Positions 32,299-41,144 of a stretch of DNA of 64,000 bases are shown piece after piece. This stretch comes from an uncultured Anaeroplasmataceae bacterium. Lineage in GTDB: Bacteria; Bacillota_I; Bacilli_A; Acholeplasmatales; Anaeroplasmataceae. Made by a program: the position numbers and the translations under genes. Each line of letters begins with the position of its first letter. Position 1 is the stretch's first letter. The stretch covers positions 323 to 64,322 of the forward strand of contig CAYTVE010000003.1 of assembly GCA_964441815.1 (NCBI GenBank), written 5' to 3'. A model generated the notes under the pieces. That model was not told the origin of the DNA and searched no databases. It saw nothing but the letters and a program-made list of their open reading frames with translations.

Positions 32299-32601
32299 AT
32301 GAATCAACAAGCTATGATGCGTATTAAAAAAATGCAAAAACAAATGATGGAGGCACAAGAAAAACTAGAATCTACAGTATTTACAGGAACTGCAGGTGGA
32401 GGAATGGTTAGTGTAGAAGTTAAAGGAACACATGAGGTTGTTTCAGTTAAAATTGATCCAGAGGCATTTGAATCTAAGGATGATATTGAAATGATTGAAG
32501 ATACTATAGTTGCAGCATTAAATGATGCAAATAAAAAAATTGATGCTGAATCACAAAAAGCTTTAGGAGGATTTGGCGGCGGACTTGGTGGATTATTCTA
32601 A
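32299..32601 (+). CDS. ybaB: YbaB/EbfC nucleoid-associated protein
   Basis: 100 aa: 'MMRIKKMQKQMMEAQEKLE...GGGMVSVEVKGTHEVVSVKIDP'. Canonical position in dnaX-ybaB-recR. Confidence 0.9.
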   Translation: MNQQAMMRIKKMQKQMMEAQEKLESTVFTGTAGGGMVSVEVKGTHEVVSVKIDPEAFESKDDIEMIEDTIVAALNDANKKIDAESQKALGGFGGGLGGLF

Positions 32602-33203
32602 TGCTTAAATATCCTAAACCATTAGAGGACTTAATTGAAGATTTTTCAAGACTCCCCTCTGTTGGAAAAAAAACTGCAGAAAGATTTGCATTATATGTTT
32701 ATACAAAAATGAGTGAAGAAAATACAAATAATTTTTCTAAACATTTAATTGATGTTAAACAAAATATTCATATTTGTAAATTATGTGGAAATATATGTGA
32801 AAATGAAATATGTAGTATCTGTAATGATAATGCTAGAAATCATAAACAAGTTTTAGTAGTAGAAACTATAAAAGATTTATATACTATTGAAAATGTAAAT
32901 GAATATAACGGAATTTATCATGTTTTAAACGGGGCTATAAGTATCTCTAAAGGGGTAGGTAGCGAAGATTTAAATATTAATTCTTTAATTGACTTAGTTA
33001 AAAGTAACGAATTAGATGAAATAATTCTTGCAACTAATGCTACTTTAGAAGGAGAAATCACCGCAAGATATATAAAAGAATTATTACAAAATTATCCTGT
33101 TAAGATTACAAGAATAGCTCATGGACTTCCTGTAGGTGGAGAAATGTCTTATGCTGATGAAATGACTGTTTTAAAAGCTATGGAAGGTAGAAGAGAATAT
33201 TAA
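32601..33203 (+). CDS. recR: recombination protein RecR
   Basis: HhH 'LPSVGKKTAERFA', Cys4 finger 'CKLCGNICENEICSICND', and a Toprim domain. Confidence 0.95.
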   Translation: MLKYPKPLEDLIEDFSRLPSVGKKTAERFALYVYTKMSEENTNNFSKHLIDVKQNIHICKLCGNICENEICSICNDNARNHKQVLVVETIKDLYTIENVNEYNGIYHVLNGAISISKGVGSEDLNINSLIDLVKSNELDEIILATNATLEGEITARYIKELLQNYPVKITRIAHGLPVGGEMSYADEMTVLKAMEGRREY

Positions 33204-33237
33204 AAAAGTCATCATCATATAATTAGATGGTGATTTT

Positions 33238-33420
33238 ATGCTAAAAACAATAAAGTATCTAATAAAGTCTTTTATAATAGGGATTACTAGTATTTTGATA
33301 TTTAATATAGTAGGACAGTTTATAAATTTATCATTACCAATAAATTTATTATCTATATGTTTAATTGGCTTTTTCAGATTACCAGGATTTATTGTTTTAT
33401 TAATTATTTTAATGTTATAG
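33238..33420 (+). CDS. bofA: BofA-like small membrane protein (pro-sigma-K processing inhibitor family)
   Basis: 60 aa with 2 TMs and the C-terminal 'GFFRLPGFIVLLIIL'. It sits downstream of recR, where B. subtilis bofA lies. Confidence 0.6.
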   Translation: MLKTIKYLIKSFIIGITSILIFNIVGQFINLSLPINLLSICLIGFFRLPGFIVLLIILML

Positions 33421-33428
33421 GAGTAAGT

Positions 33429-33797
33429 ATGATTGTATCTTTTATAAGTATAGATGAAGATAATAATAAAATTGAATATACATCACATGCAAACATTGAT
33501 AACAATAAAATTATTTTTAAGGACAAGTCTACTAATGATACTAATATAATGATTTACCAAGAAAGTGATTCTTTATATCTTAAAAGATATGGCATGGTAG
33601 ATATGATTATGGAATATAAACTAGGTTACAAAACTAAAGGTTATTATAAGAACCAAGATGGAATTGAATTTGAATTTCAAATATTTACTAAATATTTAGA
33701 AATAAATGCCGATAAATGCATTGTAGATTACCAAATGATAGTAGAAAATGATGTTGTATCAAAAACATCTGTTATACTTGAAATCTTAGAAAAATAA
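33429..33797 (+). CDS. hypothetical protein, possibly DUF1934 (YwiB-like beta-barrel)
   Basis: 122 aa from ATG 33429 (RBS GGAG). The pattern '...LYLKRYGMVDMIMEYKLGYKTKGYY...GIEFEFQIFTKYLEIN' resembles YwiB-family proteins. The upstream extension in the track overlaps bofA and was dropped. Confidence 0.45.
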   Translation: MIVSFISIDEDNNKIEYTSHANIDNNKIIFKDKSTNDTNIMIYQESDSLYLKRYGMVDMIMEYKLGYKTKGYYKNQDGIEFEFQIFTKYLEINADKCIVDYQMIVENDVVSKTSVILEILEK

Positions 33798-33898
33798 CGA
33801 ATAAAATATGTTTTATAAAAAAATGTATAAGAATATACTTGATAATTTTAAAAAACTTTAGTAAAATATTTAGTGTTTTCAATATTGGAGGAATTATA

Positions 33899-34465
33899 AT
33901 GGAAAATATTTCACAAATGTCATTATTAGAGGTAGCATTAAATTTAATGGAACAAAAAAAAGCTCCTCAATCAATTCATAATTTAATTAAAGAAGTATTA
34001 GAAATCAAAGGATTAGAAGATGTTGATAATAGTTTAGCTACTCAATTATATATTGATATAACTACAAGCTCAAAGTTTGTATTTTTAGGTGATGATAATT
34101 GGGATTTAAAGAATCGCCAATCATTAGATGAATATGATAAAGACGGATCTGCATTTAATGTTAAGGGAGAAGATTTAGAAGAAGAATTATTAGATGAAGA
34201 AGAATCATTAGAAACATTAGATGAAGAAGATGATTATAACGATTATGATGAAGACGATGAAGATGATTACGATGAAGATGATGAAGATTCTGAATATGAC
34301 GATTATGATGAAGATGACGAAGAAGCAGAAGACTCTGAATATGATGAAGATGATGTAGATGCTATAATTGATGGTGAAATCACCGAACGTTATTCTGAAG
34401 ATGACTTTAATGAAGATAAATATAATGACCTTATGGATGACTATGAGGATATGTATGAAGAATAA
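33899..34465 (+). CDS. rpoE: DNA-directed RNA polymerase subunit delta
   Basis: N-terminal HARE-HTH-like 'MSLLEVALNLMEQKKAPQSIHNLIKEV...FVFLGDDNWDLK', followed by a ~100-aa poly-Asp/Glu tail. ATG 33899 follows GGAGGA. Confidence 0.9.
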   Translation: MENISQMSLLEVALNLMEQKKAPQSIHNLIKEVLEIKGLEDVDNSLATQLYIDITTSSKFVFLGDDNWDLKNRQSLDEYDKDGSAFNVKGEDLEEELLDEEESLETLDEEDDYNDYDEDDEDDYDEDDEDSEYDDYDEDDEEAEDSEYDEDDVDAIIDGEITERYSEDDFNEDKYNDLMDDYEDMYEE

Positions 34466-34485
34466 GAGCGAAAGCTCTTTTTTTT
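34466..34485 (+). terminator. rho-independent terminator after rpoE
   Basis: GAGC-GAAA-GCTC followed by TTTTTTTT, immediately after the stop codon. Confidence 0.7.
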
Positions 34486-34537
34486 AGTGATTTTCTTTTT
34501 ACAAAATAAGATTTTATTGAGAATGTTATTATGTAAG

Positions 34538-34632
34538 TTTATTGTTAATTGTAACATTATTTAAAACTAATAAATTAAATATAAAATATACATTCACATA
34601 ATATTTTAAGATAAGCATAAATTAATAGATTT
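34538..34632 (+). repeat. ~95-nt repeat unit (parts A+B), left copy
   Basis: Part A (34538-34582) matches 42393-42437 at 43 of 45 positions. Part B (34583-34632) matches 42316-42367 with 4 mismatches and a 2-nt indel. Confidence 0.85.
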
Positions 34633-34909
34633 TTAAAGGCCATTTTTTGGCCTTTATAATTTTATATAAATGGATTATTATAGTTTTGTATTAGGTAGCT
34701 CCTAATATATAAATTTTAAGTACTTAAAAAATAAAAAGAAAGGAAAATAAAATTAATTTAATAGTAATAGTAACAATAGAACTTGTACATCAAGTATAGT
34801 ATTAGCATATATAGTTTTTTGAAGAAAAAATTTTAATAGAATCAAATAATTAAGATGTAGAAAATGCTAATAACTAGCAAGTTAATAAAAGACTATTTAG
34901 GTAAATAAT

Positions 34910-35182
34910 ATGGAATATATAGGATTACCAGCAATAATAATTATATGTTATTTAGTAGGAGAAATATTTAAATTATTAATATTTAAGAAAAAAAGAAGGT
35001 ATAAATACATACCTATTGTTGTTGGATTATTTGGGGCTGGATTAGGATTATTAATATATTACGTAGCTCCAGAAATGATTGATGTTAATAATCCATTTCA
35101 CGCAACAGCAATAGGGATAATAAGCGGACTTGCATCAACAGGAACTAATGAGCTTTTAAAGCAAATATTGAAGGAAAAATAA
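34910..35182 (+). CDS. phage-holin-family-like small membrane protein
   Basis: 90 aa. TM1, a basic loop 'KKKRRYKY', TM2, a third amphipathic segment 'ATAIGIISGLASTGTNELLKQ', and a charged C-terminus. This resembles the small 'phage holin family' proteins of Clostridia. No lysin gene is nearby. Confidence 0.55.
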   Translation: MEYIGLPAIIIICYLVGEIFKLLIFKKKRRYKYIPIVVGLFGAGLGLLIYYVAPEMIDVNNPFHATAIGIISGLASTGTNELLKQILKEK

Positions 35183-35183
35183 T

Positions 35184-36101
35184 ATGGAAGAAATATATGA
35201 ACTCACAAAAGATAAAAGAATTTTTGTAAGAAAAAAGATAGTTAATTTTCTAGAGAAAATATTAAGGTATTGTGGATACGATTTTAATCATGACACGTTT
35301 AAAAGTATTGTATATAGCGAAGATGAATATAAGACACCAGTAGAAGAAAAAATCAAGAACTTATATGATGCATATATTTTTTTATTAAGCAATGATAAAA
35401 ATAGAATATCAACAAGTTTAATAAGTAGATTTTATTTTCTATATTTTGGTGAAAATATAGAAAATAATTCATCAATAATATTATCAACAAAATATTTTCA
35501 TATACAACATTTAGCCCCTATAGAACAAGCTATAGAATATCATCTATACGTTTATAATGAATTAAAGAGCGTAAAGGAAGAAGATGGATTAATAATTTCA
35601 CTAATGATTTTTAATTATATTTTAGCTAAAAATGAGATGCCAGTTGTTCAATTTTATATAAATGATTTAGAAAAATATGTTATAGCTAGAGATGAATATT
35701 TAAAAGGAAAAAAAGAAAGTCTTATAGAATATGTTTTGGCAATATTAAAGAAGAATCCTTATATGGATAAAAGTTATTATAAAAATTTAAAGGAAATTAA
35801 ATTGTCGGATATAATTGAATTTGTTGAAAAAAATCAAGAAATCTTAAGGACAAAATATTTTATTAAGGGATTATGGATACATGGATCCATTGCTAAAAAA
35901 ATTGAAAGAATAGATTCTGATATAGATTTATTTATAGAAATATCATTAGATTTACTAAGAGAAGAAAAAATAAAAATTATAAAAGAATTAAAAGAATTAT
36001 TTTTTAATGAATTTAAAAGGATGGTTGATATATCAGAAATAGTAGAGTATTTAGATGATGATATAATTAAAGAAGCAAGAACAACTAAAAGATTAATATA
36101 A
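35184..36101 (+). CDS. fusion protein: possible degenerate Fic-like N-terminal domain + minimal nucleotidyltransferase (MNT/Pol-beta superfamily) C-terminal domain
   Basis: The C-terminus 'LWIHGSIAKKIERIDSDIDLFIEI...MVDISE' matches the GS...DxD...D NTase signature. At the place of the Fic motif (HPFxDGNGR + helix), the N-domain reads 'EYHLYVYNELKSVKEEDGLIISLMIFNYILAKNEMP', lacking the catalytic His. The start is 1 nt after the holin-like stop. Confidence 0.5.
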   Translation: MEEIYELTKDKRIFVRKKIVNFLEKILRYCGYDFNHDTFKSIVYSEDEYKTPVEEKIKNLYDAYIFLLSNDKNRISTSLISRFYFLYFGENIENNSSIILSTKYFHIQHLAPIEQAIEYHLYVYNELKSVKEEDGLIISLMIFNYILAKNEMPVVQFYINDLEKYVIARDEYLKGKKESLIEYVLAILKKNPYMDKSYYKNLKEIKLSDIIEFVEKNQEILRTKYFIKGLWIHGSIAKKIERIDSDIDLFIEISLDLLREEKIKIIKELKELFFNEFKRMVDISEIVEYLDDDIIKEARTTKRLI

Positions 36102-36113
36102 ATGAGGTAGAAA

Positions 36114-38434
36114 ATGGCAAATAAAGGAATAAAAAACTATACCAAGCAAATCAGTCAAAATATAGGAGATGTAGCAGAGGTATGTGTAAATATAAATAAA
36201 AATGATGCAAATATGCATATAATAATTCCTTTGTTTAAAACAATAGGAATAAACTCAATAGATTTAAGCTTAATATTAAATTATCAAGATATAAATAAAA
36301 AGTGTAGTTTTGGTAAAGGAGTTAATATAAATACATATAATCATATAGTAAAGAAATCAAAAGTAATAGAAATAAATGAAGCAGATGGATCAGTGTTACA
36401 GTATAATAAAATAAAAGAAAATACATATTATTGTAGTGAAGATAATCAAACTCTCACTATTTCAACAACGGATAGTGATTTCACAGGATATTTAATAAAA
36501 GACCAAATTGGCAATGAAATGTATTTAGATGAAACAACATTTTATACCCAACAGAAATCGTAAGTAAGAAAGGTTTTAGAACAGTTTTTGATGGAATTAA
36601 TATAGATAATACACAAGGAAGTAAAATAATATTTACAGAAACAAAAAACGATATGTATTCTAAAGTAACATATTTAGAGAATGAAGCATCATTATACTAT
36701 TTATCTTTTGAATATGATTCAAATTTACGATTAATAGGTGTTAATCATTATAAAGAAGATACATTAATAAAACAACTACAAATAGAATATAAAGACAATT
36801 ATATTATAGTTAAAGATGAAAGTTCAAAAGATTATGTAAAATGTATTATTGAAGAAAAAAAGATAGTTAGCATTGAACAAACTATTAATAATTGTGAAGA
36901 AAGCTTAAATAAAATCGACATAGAATATTATGATAAAAAAACTATAATTATAAATGATGGTAGAAAATCATTTATTTATTTTGATGAATATGATTTTCCA
37001 TTATATGAAATAGATGAAGAAGGAAATGTAGTTGAAACGAGATATGATAATAATAGTAAGAAGCTTTTATATCAAAGTTCGGTTATATCAACAAAAAATA
37101 AAGATAGTGATACTAGAGTATTAGATATTAAAGATTTTATAAATGAAAACGGATTAATCATAACAAATACTACAATAAGCGATACTGATATTAGTAGTGT
37201 AGTTGGACAAGTATATAATATAAGAGGAACAGGTAAATTAACGTATACGATTAACGAAGCTGGTTTTGGTGGTGAAAATATAGGCATTGTTTTGTTTGGA
37301 AAACAAAAAGAATCATATAATAACACAAGCTATGTAGAAAAAATTTTAGAAACAGATAAAAGTAAAACAAAGGTATTTAAAAAAGAAAATATAGATAATA
37401 AATTTGAGATAATTTCACTAGGGTTATCAACAATTAATAGTTATTCATCAATTAAAATAACACTTAATTTTGTTGGGGATACTGAAATTGAATTAGGAGA
37501 AATTCAATTAATAAAAAAGATTATTGGAACAACGTATACATATGACAGCAATGGGAACATGATATCTACAAATAGAGGAAGTAACAATGCAAGCAATACA
37601 TATAATTCAAGTGGGTTAGTAACATCAACCACAAGAAATGATAGTATAACTAATTATGAATATGATACAAAATGCAATGTGATATCAGCAAAAACAGCAT
37701 ACGGAAGTAAGATAAAGTATTCATATGATAAATATAATAATATTAAAAAGGAAGTTGTTTCAACATCGAATAGCACAAAAATGTTAGAAACAACAAAAGA
37801 ATATGATACAACAGGAAAATTCATGATAGGACAAACAGATGAATTAAGATATAAAACAAGTTACGCATATGATTCATTTGGCAAAATAACAAAAATAACA
37901 AATGCGTTAAATGAGGTATCAACATATGAATATGACGCATTTGATAATTTAATTAAATTAATATCAGCAGATTTAAATAAATTAGAATTTAAATATAGTA
38001 GTACCGATAATAAAATGCTAGAACAAATAATAATACCTAACGGAAGTGTTTATACATTTAAATATGATGCTTGTAGAAATATTAATAAGGTATTATTGAA
38101 TGAAGAAGAAATAGTTTCATATGAATATGATTTAAAAACAAACTTAATAAAAAAACAAGAATATCCAAACGGAGATCATATAGAATTTATATATAATGAC
38201 AAATATAATATAGAAAGTATTAAAATAAATGGAGTATATAAATATGGATATGAATATGATAAAAGAGATAGATTAAGCTATTCATATGATTGTAATACAG
38301 GAAGTGATATTAGAAGTTTTGAATATGATAATGAAGGAAGAAATAAAAAATATACATATGCAGAATGTTTAGATATTAAATATGATTATGACAAGACAGG
38401 AAATATAATAAAAAAAGAAAATAAAAATGATTAA
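36114..38434 (+). pseudogene. RHS/YD-repeat protein gene, frameshifted near 36533-36563 and lacking the C-terminal core end and toxin domain
   Basis: ORF 36114-36563 (149 aa, no signal peptide) and the ORF whose frame is open from 36533 (track start 36653) overlap in different frames, consistent with a 1-nt deletion. Many YD repeats are present ('YEYDTKCNVISAKTAYGSKIKYSYDKYNN', 'YAYDSFGKITKITNALNEVSTYEYDAFDNL'). The ORF ends at 38434 without the RYYxPxxGRxxSxDP...NLYxY end motif. Confidence 0.75.
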
Positions 38435-38525
38435 AGGTACTATTGCTATTACTGGATGGACTGTAGCAACTGTTGGAATTAACTATGGATTGTCATACTT
38501 GTATTAAACATAAATGGAGGTAAAT

Positions 38526-38918
38526 ATGGGAACAAATGAAATTATTGTGTTTTTTATCTGCATATTAGTTGTATTATTTATGCATTTTAAGAATTTGTTC
38601 TTTGGAAACCAACATGATTGTTATTTTTCAGACAATACTATTAAAAAACTCACTGTTCCTAAAAATTCATTTTTGAGAAAATTAGTTATATTTAAAGAAG
38701 GAAAAATGACTAAGCCATCATTTCTTTATATAATAGTAATACCTTATTTAATACAATTATTTATTGTAATTGTTAGTATAGTTTTATTCTTTATTGATCA
38801 ATTTGTAATAGATTTTATTCCAAGTATTGTATTTATGGTTATTAGTTATGGTACTTTAGGAATATATGTAATTTATGAATTGTTCTTAATATTCTTATCT
38901 AGAGGATTAAAACTGTAA
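38526..38918 (+). CDS. small 3-TM membrane protein (position suggests an RHS-associated immunity-type gene)
   Basis: 130 aa from ATG 38526 (RBS GGAGGT) with three hydrophobic helices. No recognisable family. Confidence 0.45.
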   Translation: MGTNEIIVFFICILVVLFMHFKNLFFGNQHDCYFSDNTIKKLTVPKNSFLRKLVIFKEGKMTKPSFLYIIVIPYLIQLFIVIVSIVLFFIDQFVIDFIPSIVFMVISYGTLGIYVIYELFLIFLSRGLKL

Positions 38919-39182
38919 AAAATTAAATAATTTAATGAGTAAGAAATAAATAATAAATAATTAATAAATGGACTTTTGACAAAACTTATTCATTTTAAAA
39001 TTTATTACAATATTTATTATACCAAGGGGCTGTTAAGAAACTATAAAAGTTTCTTGGCTAACTTAACCGAGGTAATTTAATAAAACATCATCAAGTTAAA
39101 CGGTCTGAAACACATTTTATATATTATTATATATAAATAAACGTGTTTTGTATTTTAATATTATATTTTTTTAGGCAAACTT

Positions 39183-39234
39183 GGGATTCGAACTTTATTC
39201 GCCCACATTCGAACACATACGCCCACATTCGAAC
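39183..39234 (-). repeat. three ~20-nt-spaced GTTCGAAT-containing direct repeats; the last resembles a tRNA 3' end
   Basis: The identical 15-mer CGCCCACATTCGAAC occurs at 39200-39214 and 39220-39234. A third ATTCGAAC lies at 39186-39193. The minus strand of 39193-39174 reads GTTCGAATCCCAAGTTTGCC, which matches a T-loop, the 3' T-stem and a 7-nt acceptor 3' strand. Confidence 0.7.
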
Positions 39235-39295
39235 GTATAAAACTTGAAAATTGGGTATAATAATGATATAATATAGGTACAAAGGATCTGATAAT

Positions 39296-40765
39296 ATGTT
39301 TGAAAAAGATATTAAAAATTTAAAAGAAAATAATTTAATTGAATTTAAGAAAGCTAAAGGTGGTTTACCAAATTCGCTTTGGGAAAGTTATAGTGCATTT
39401 GCTAATTCAAATGGTGGAACTATAATTTTGGGTATTGATGAACCACAAAAAGATGTGTTTGAATCAGCCAATCTCACTGAAAGTGAAGTATTAGAACTAC
39501 AAAAACGTTTTTGGGATAATATAAATAATTCACAAAAGGTAAGTGTTAATATATTAGTTGATAAAGATGTTTATATAGATGATTATGCTGGATTTCCTAT
39601 TTTAGTAATAAAAGTTAGAAGAGCTAACAGATTTGAAAAACCCGTGCATATTAACAATAATGTTTATAATGGTACATATAGAAGAAATCATGAAGGTGAT
39701 TATCATTGTACCAAAAATGAAATTGATTTAATGATTAAAGATTCAAACGTTCAAAGTAATGACAAAACTTGTTTAGATGAATTTACTTTAGAAGATTTAA
39801 ATTTAGAATCTATTTTAAGTTATAAACAAATGTTAAAAGCATCAAATCCTAGTCATATATTTTTAACTATGTCTGATGAACAATTTTATTTAAATTTAGG
39901 AATAGCAAAAAAAGGTACTGATGGGGTATTGCATCCAACAAGAGCTGGTTTATTAATGTTTGGAAAAGAATATCGTATTACTGATGAATTCAGTCATTAC
40001 TTTTTAGACTATCAAGATCATAGAGAAGAAACACCTGAAATAAGATGGATAGATAGGGTTCACTCTTCATCTGGTGATTGGAGCGGAAACGTATTTGATT
40101 TCTTTTTTAAAGTATATAACAAATTGATTCAAGATTTGTTTATCCCTTTTAAATTAGAAGGTGCACAGAGAGTTGATGATACTGAAATGCACAAAGCGCT
40201 AAGAGAAGCTCTATGTAATACATTATCAAATGCTGATTATTATGGTACAAGAGGAATAGTAATTAAAAAATATAAGGATAGAATAGAGTTTTCTAATCCT
40301 GGTAGTATGAGAATGAGTATTGAAGAAGCATTTGCAGGCGGTAATACTGATCCAAGAAATGAAACAGTTTTAAAAATCTTCAGTTTAATTAAAATAGGTG
40401 AAAGAGCAGGTACTGGAATCCAAACAATATTACACGCAATAAATATATTTGGATACAGTAAACCTATTATAGAGGAAAGTTTTAATCCTGATAGAACAAA
40501 ATTGACAATTTTCTTAGGTAAGATGGTAACTATAACAATAAATGATGGAGAACATCATTGTATTCAAGTTGATTCATTATCTTCAGATGAAGAAAAAACT
40601 TTAGAGTTTATTAAAACAAAAAAAGAAATATTCAGACAAGATTTAGAAAAATATTTATCTTGCGGTAAAACAAAATGCAATAATATTTTAAAATCATTAC
40701 TTAAAAAGGGTTTAATTAAGAAAAAAGATTCAGGTAAAAATGTTAAGTATCGTAACAATATCTAA
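39296..40765 (+). CDS. AlbA_2 (Schlafen-like) DNA-binding domain protein with HATPase_c_4-like and C-terminal wHTH regions (COG2865 'RecG-like' regulator family)
   Basis: 'EFKKAKGGLPNSLWESYSAFANSNGGTIILGIDE' (AlbA_2), 'ALREALCNTLSNADYYGTRGIVIKKYKDRIEFSNPGSM', and a C-terminal wHTH-like 'LEKYLSCGKTKCNNILKSLLKKGLIKK'. Confidence 0.7.
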   Translation: MFEKDIKNLKENNLIEFKKAKGGLPNSLWESYSAFANSNGGTIILGIDEPQKDVFESANLTESEVLELQKRFWDNINNSQKVSVNILVDKDVYIDDYAGFPILVIKVRRANRFEKPVHINNNVYNGTYRRNHEGDYHCTKNEIDLMIKDSNVQSNDKTCLDEFTLEDLNLESILSYKQMLKASNPSHIFLTMSDEQFYLNLGIAKKGTDGVLHPTRAGLLMFGKEYRITDEFSHYFLDYQDHREETPEIRWIDRVHSSSGDWSGNVFDFFFKVYNKLIQDLFIPFKLEGAQRVDDTEMHKALREALCNTLSNADYYGTRGIVIKKYKDRIEFSNPGSMRMSIEEAFAGGNTDPRNETVLKIFSLIKIGERAGTGIQTILHAINIFGYSKPIIEESFNPDRTKLTIFLGKMVTITINDGEHHCIQVDSLSSDEEKTLEFIKTKKEIFRQDLEKYLSCGKTKCNNILKSLLKKGLIKKKDSGKNVKYRNNI

Positions 40766-41144
40766 TTTCTATAGAAAAACAGAGTTGCAATATGATAATC
40801 TTGTCGAGACTCAGCTATATTGGGTATCCTCAAGATATTATTCGCCTGAACTTTGTCGTTGGATCTCGCCAGATTCAATTGAATATTCAGATCTAAGTAG
40901 TATTAATGGACTTAACTTATATGCGTACTGTGGTAATGACCCAATCAATAATTACGATCTTACTGGGCACTTTGCTATTAGTGCATTGATTATCGGTGCG
41001 ATTATTGGTGCTACAATTGGCTTTGGTGGAACAGTGTTGGCAGATTATGTAGATGACGGAAATGAGGGCGATTCATCAAGTATTAGAACTCAAAAAAATG
41101 ATGTTAGAAAAATATGCATTAGAACATGGATTTACTATTTATGA
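40740..41144 (+). pseudogene. orphan RHS core C-terminal tip plus short Gly-zipper segment, running in frame into the 5' remnant of a serine recombinase gene
   Basis: 'SSRYYSPELCRWISPDSIEY...INGLNLYAYCGNDPINNYDLTGH' is the RHS core end motif. 'FAISALIIGAIIGATIGFGG' follows. Then 'DDGNEGDSSSIRTQK' reads like the segment of large serine recombinases that precedes 'MLEKYA'. Confidence 0.65.

Noticed and set aside
34130-34460. GAT/GAA-rich tandem-repeat-like DNA.
   Set aside because: It is explained by the poly-Asp/Glu C-terminal tail that is characteristic of RNA polymerase delta subunits.
39021-39045. Shared motif ATTATTATA(C)CCAAGGG at ~39021-39040 and ~41765-41782, as possible element ends.
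   Set aside because: Only ~16 nt of similarity in an AT-rich background, with no inverted or direct extension on either side. That is insufficient to call a repeat.
39183-39234. CRISPR array or tRNA gene at the GTTCGAAT repeats.
   Set aside because: There are only three units with 5-6-nt spacers, far too short for CRISPR. The tRNA-like part lacks a 5' acceptor/D/anticodon half and a pairing 5' T-stem, so at most it is a tRNA 3' fragment.
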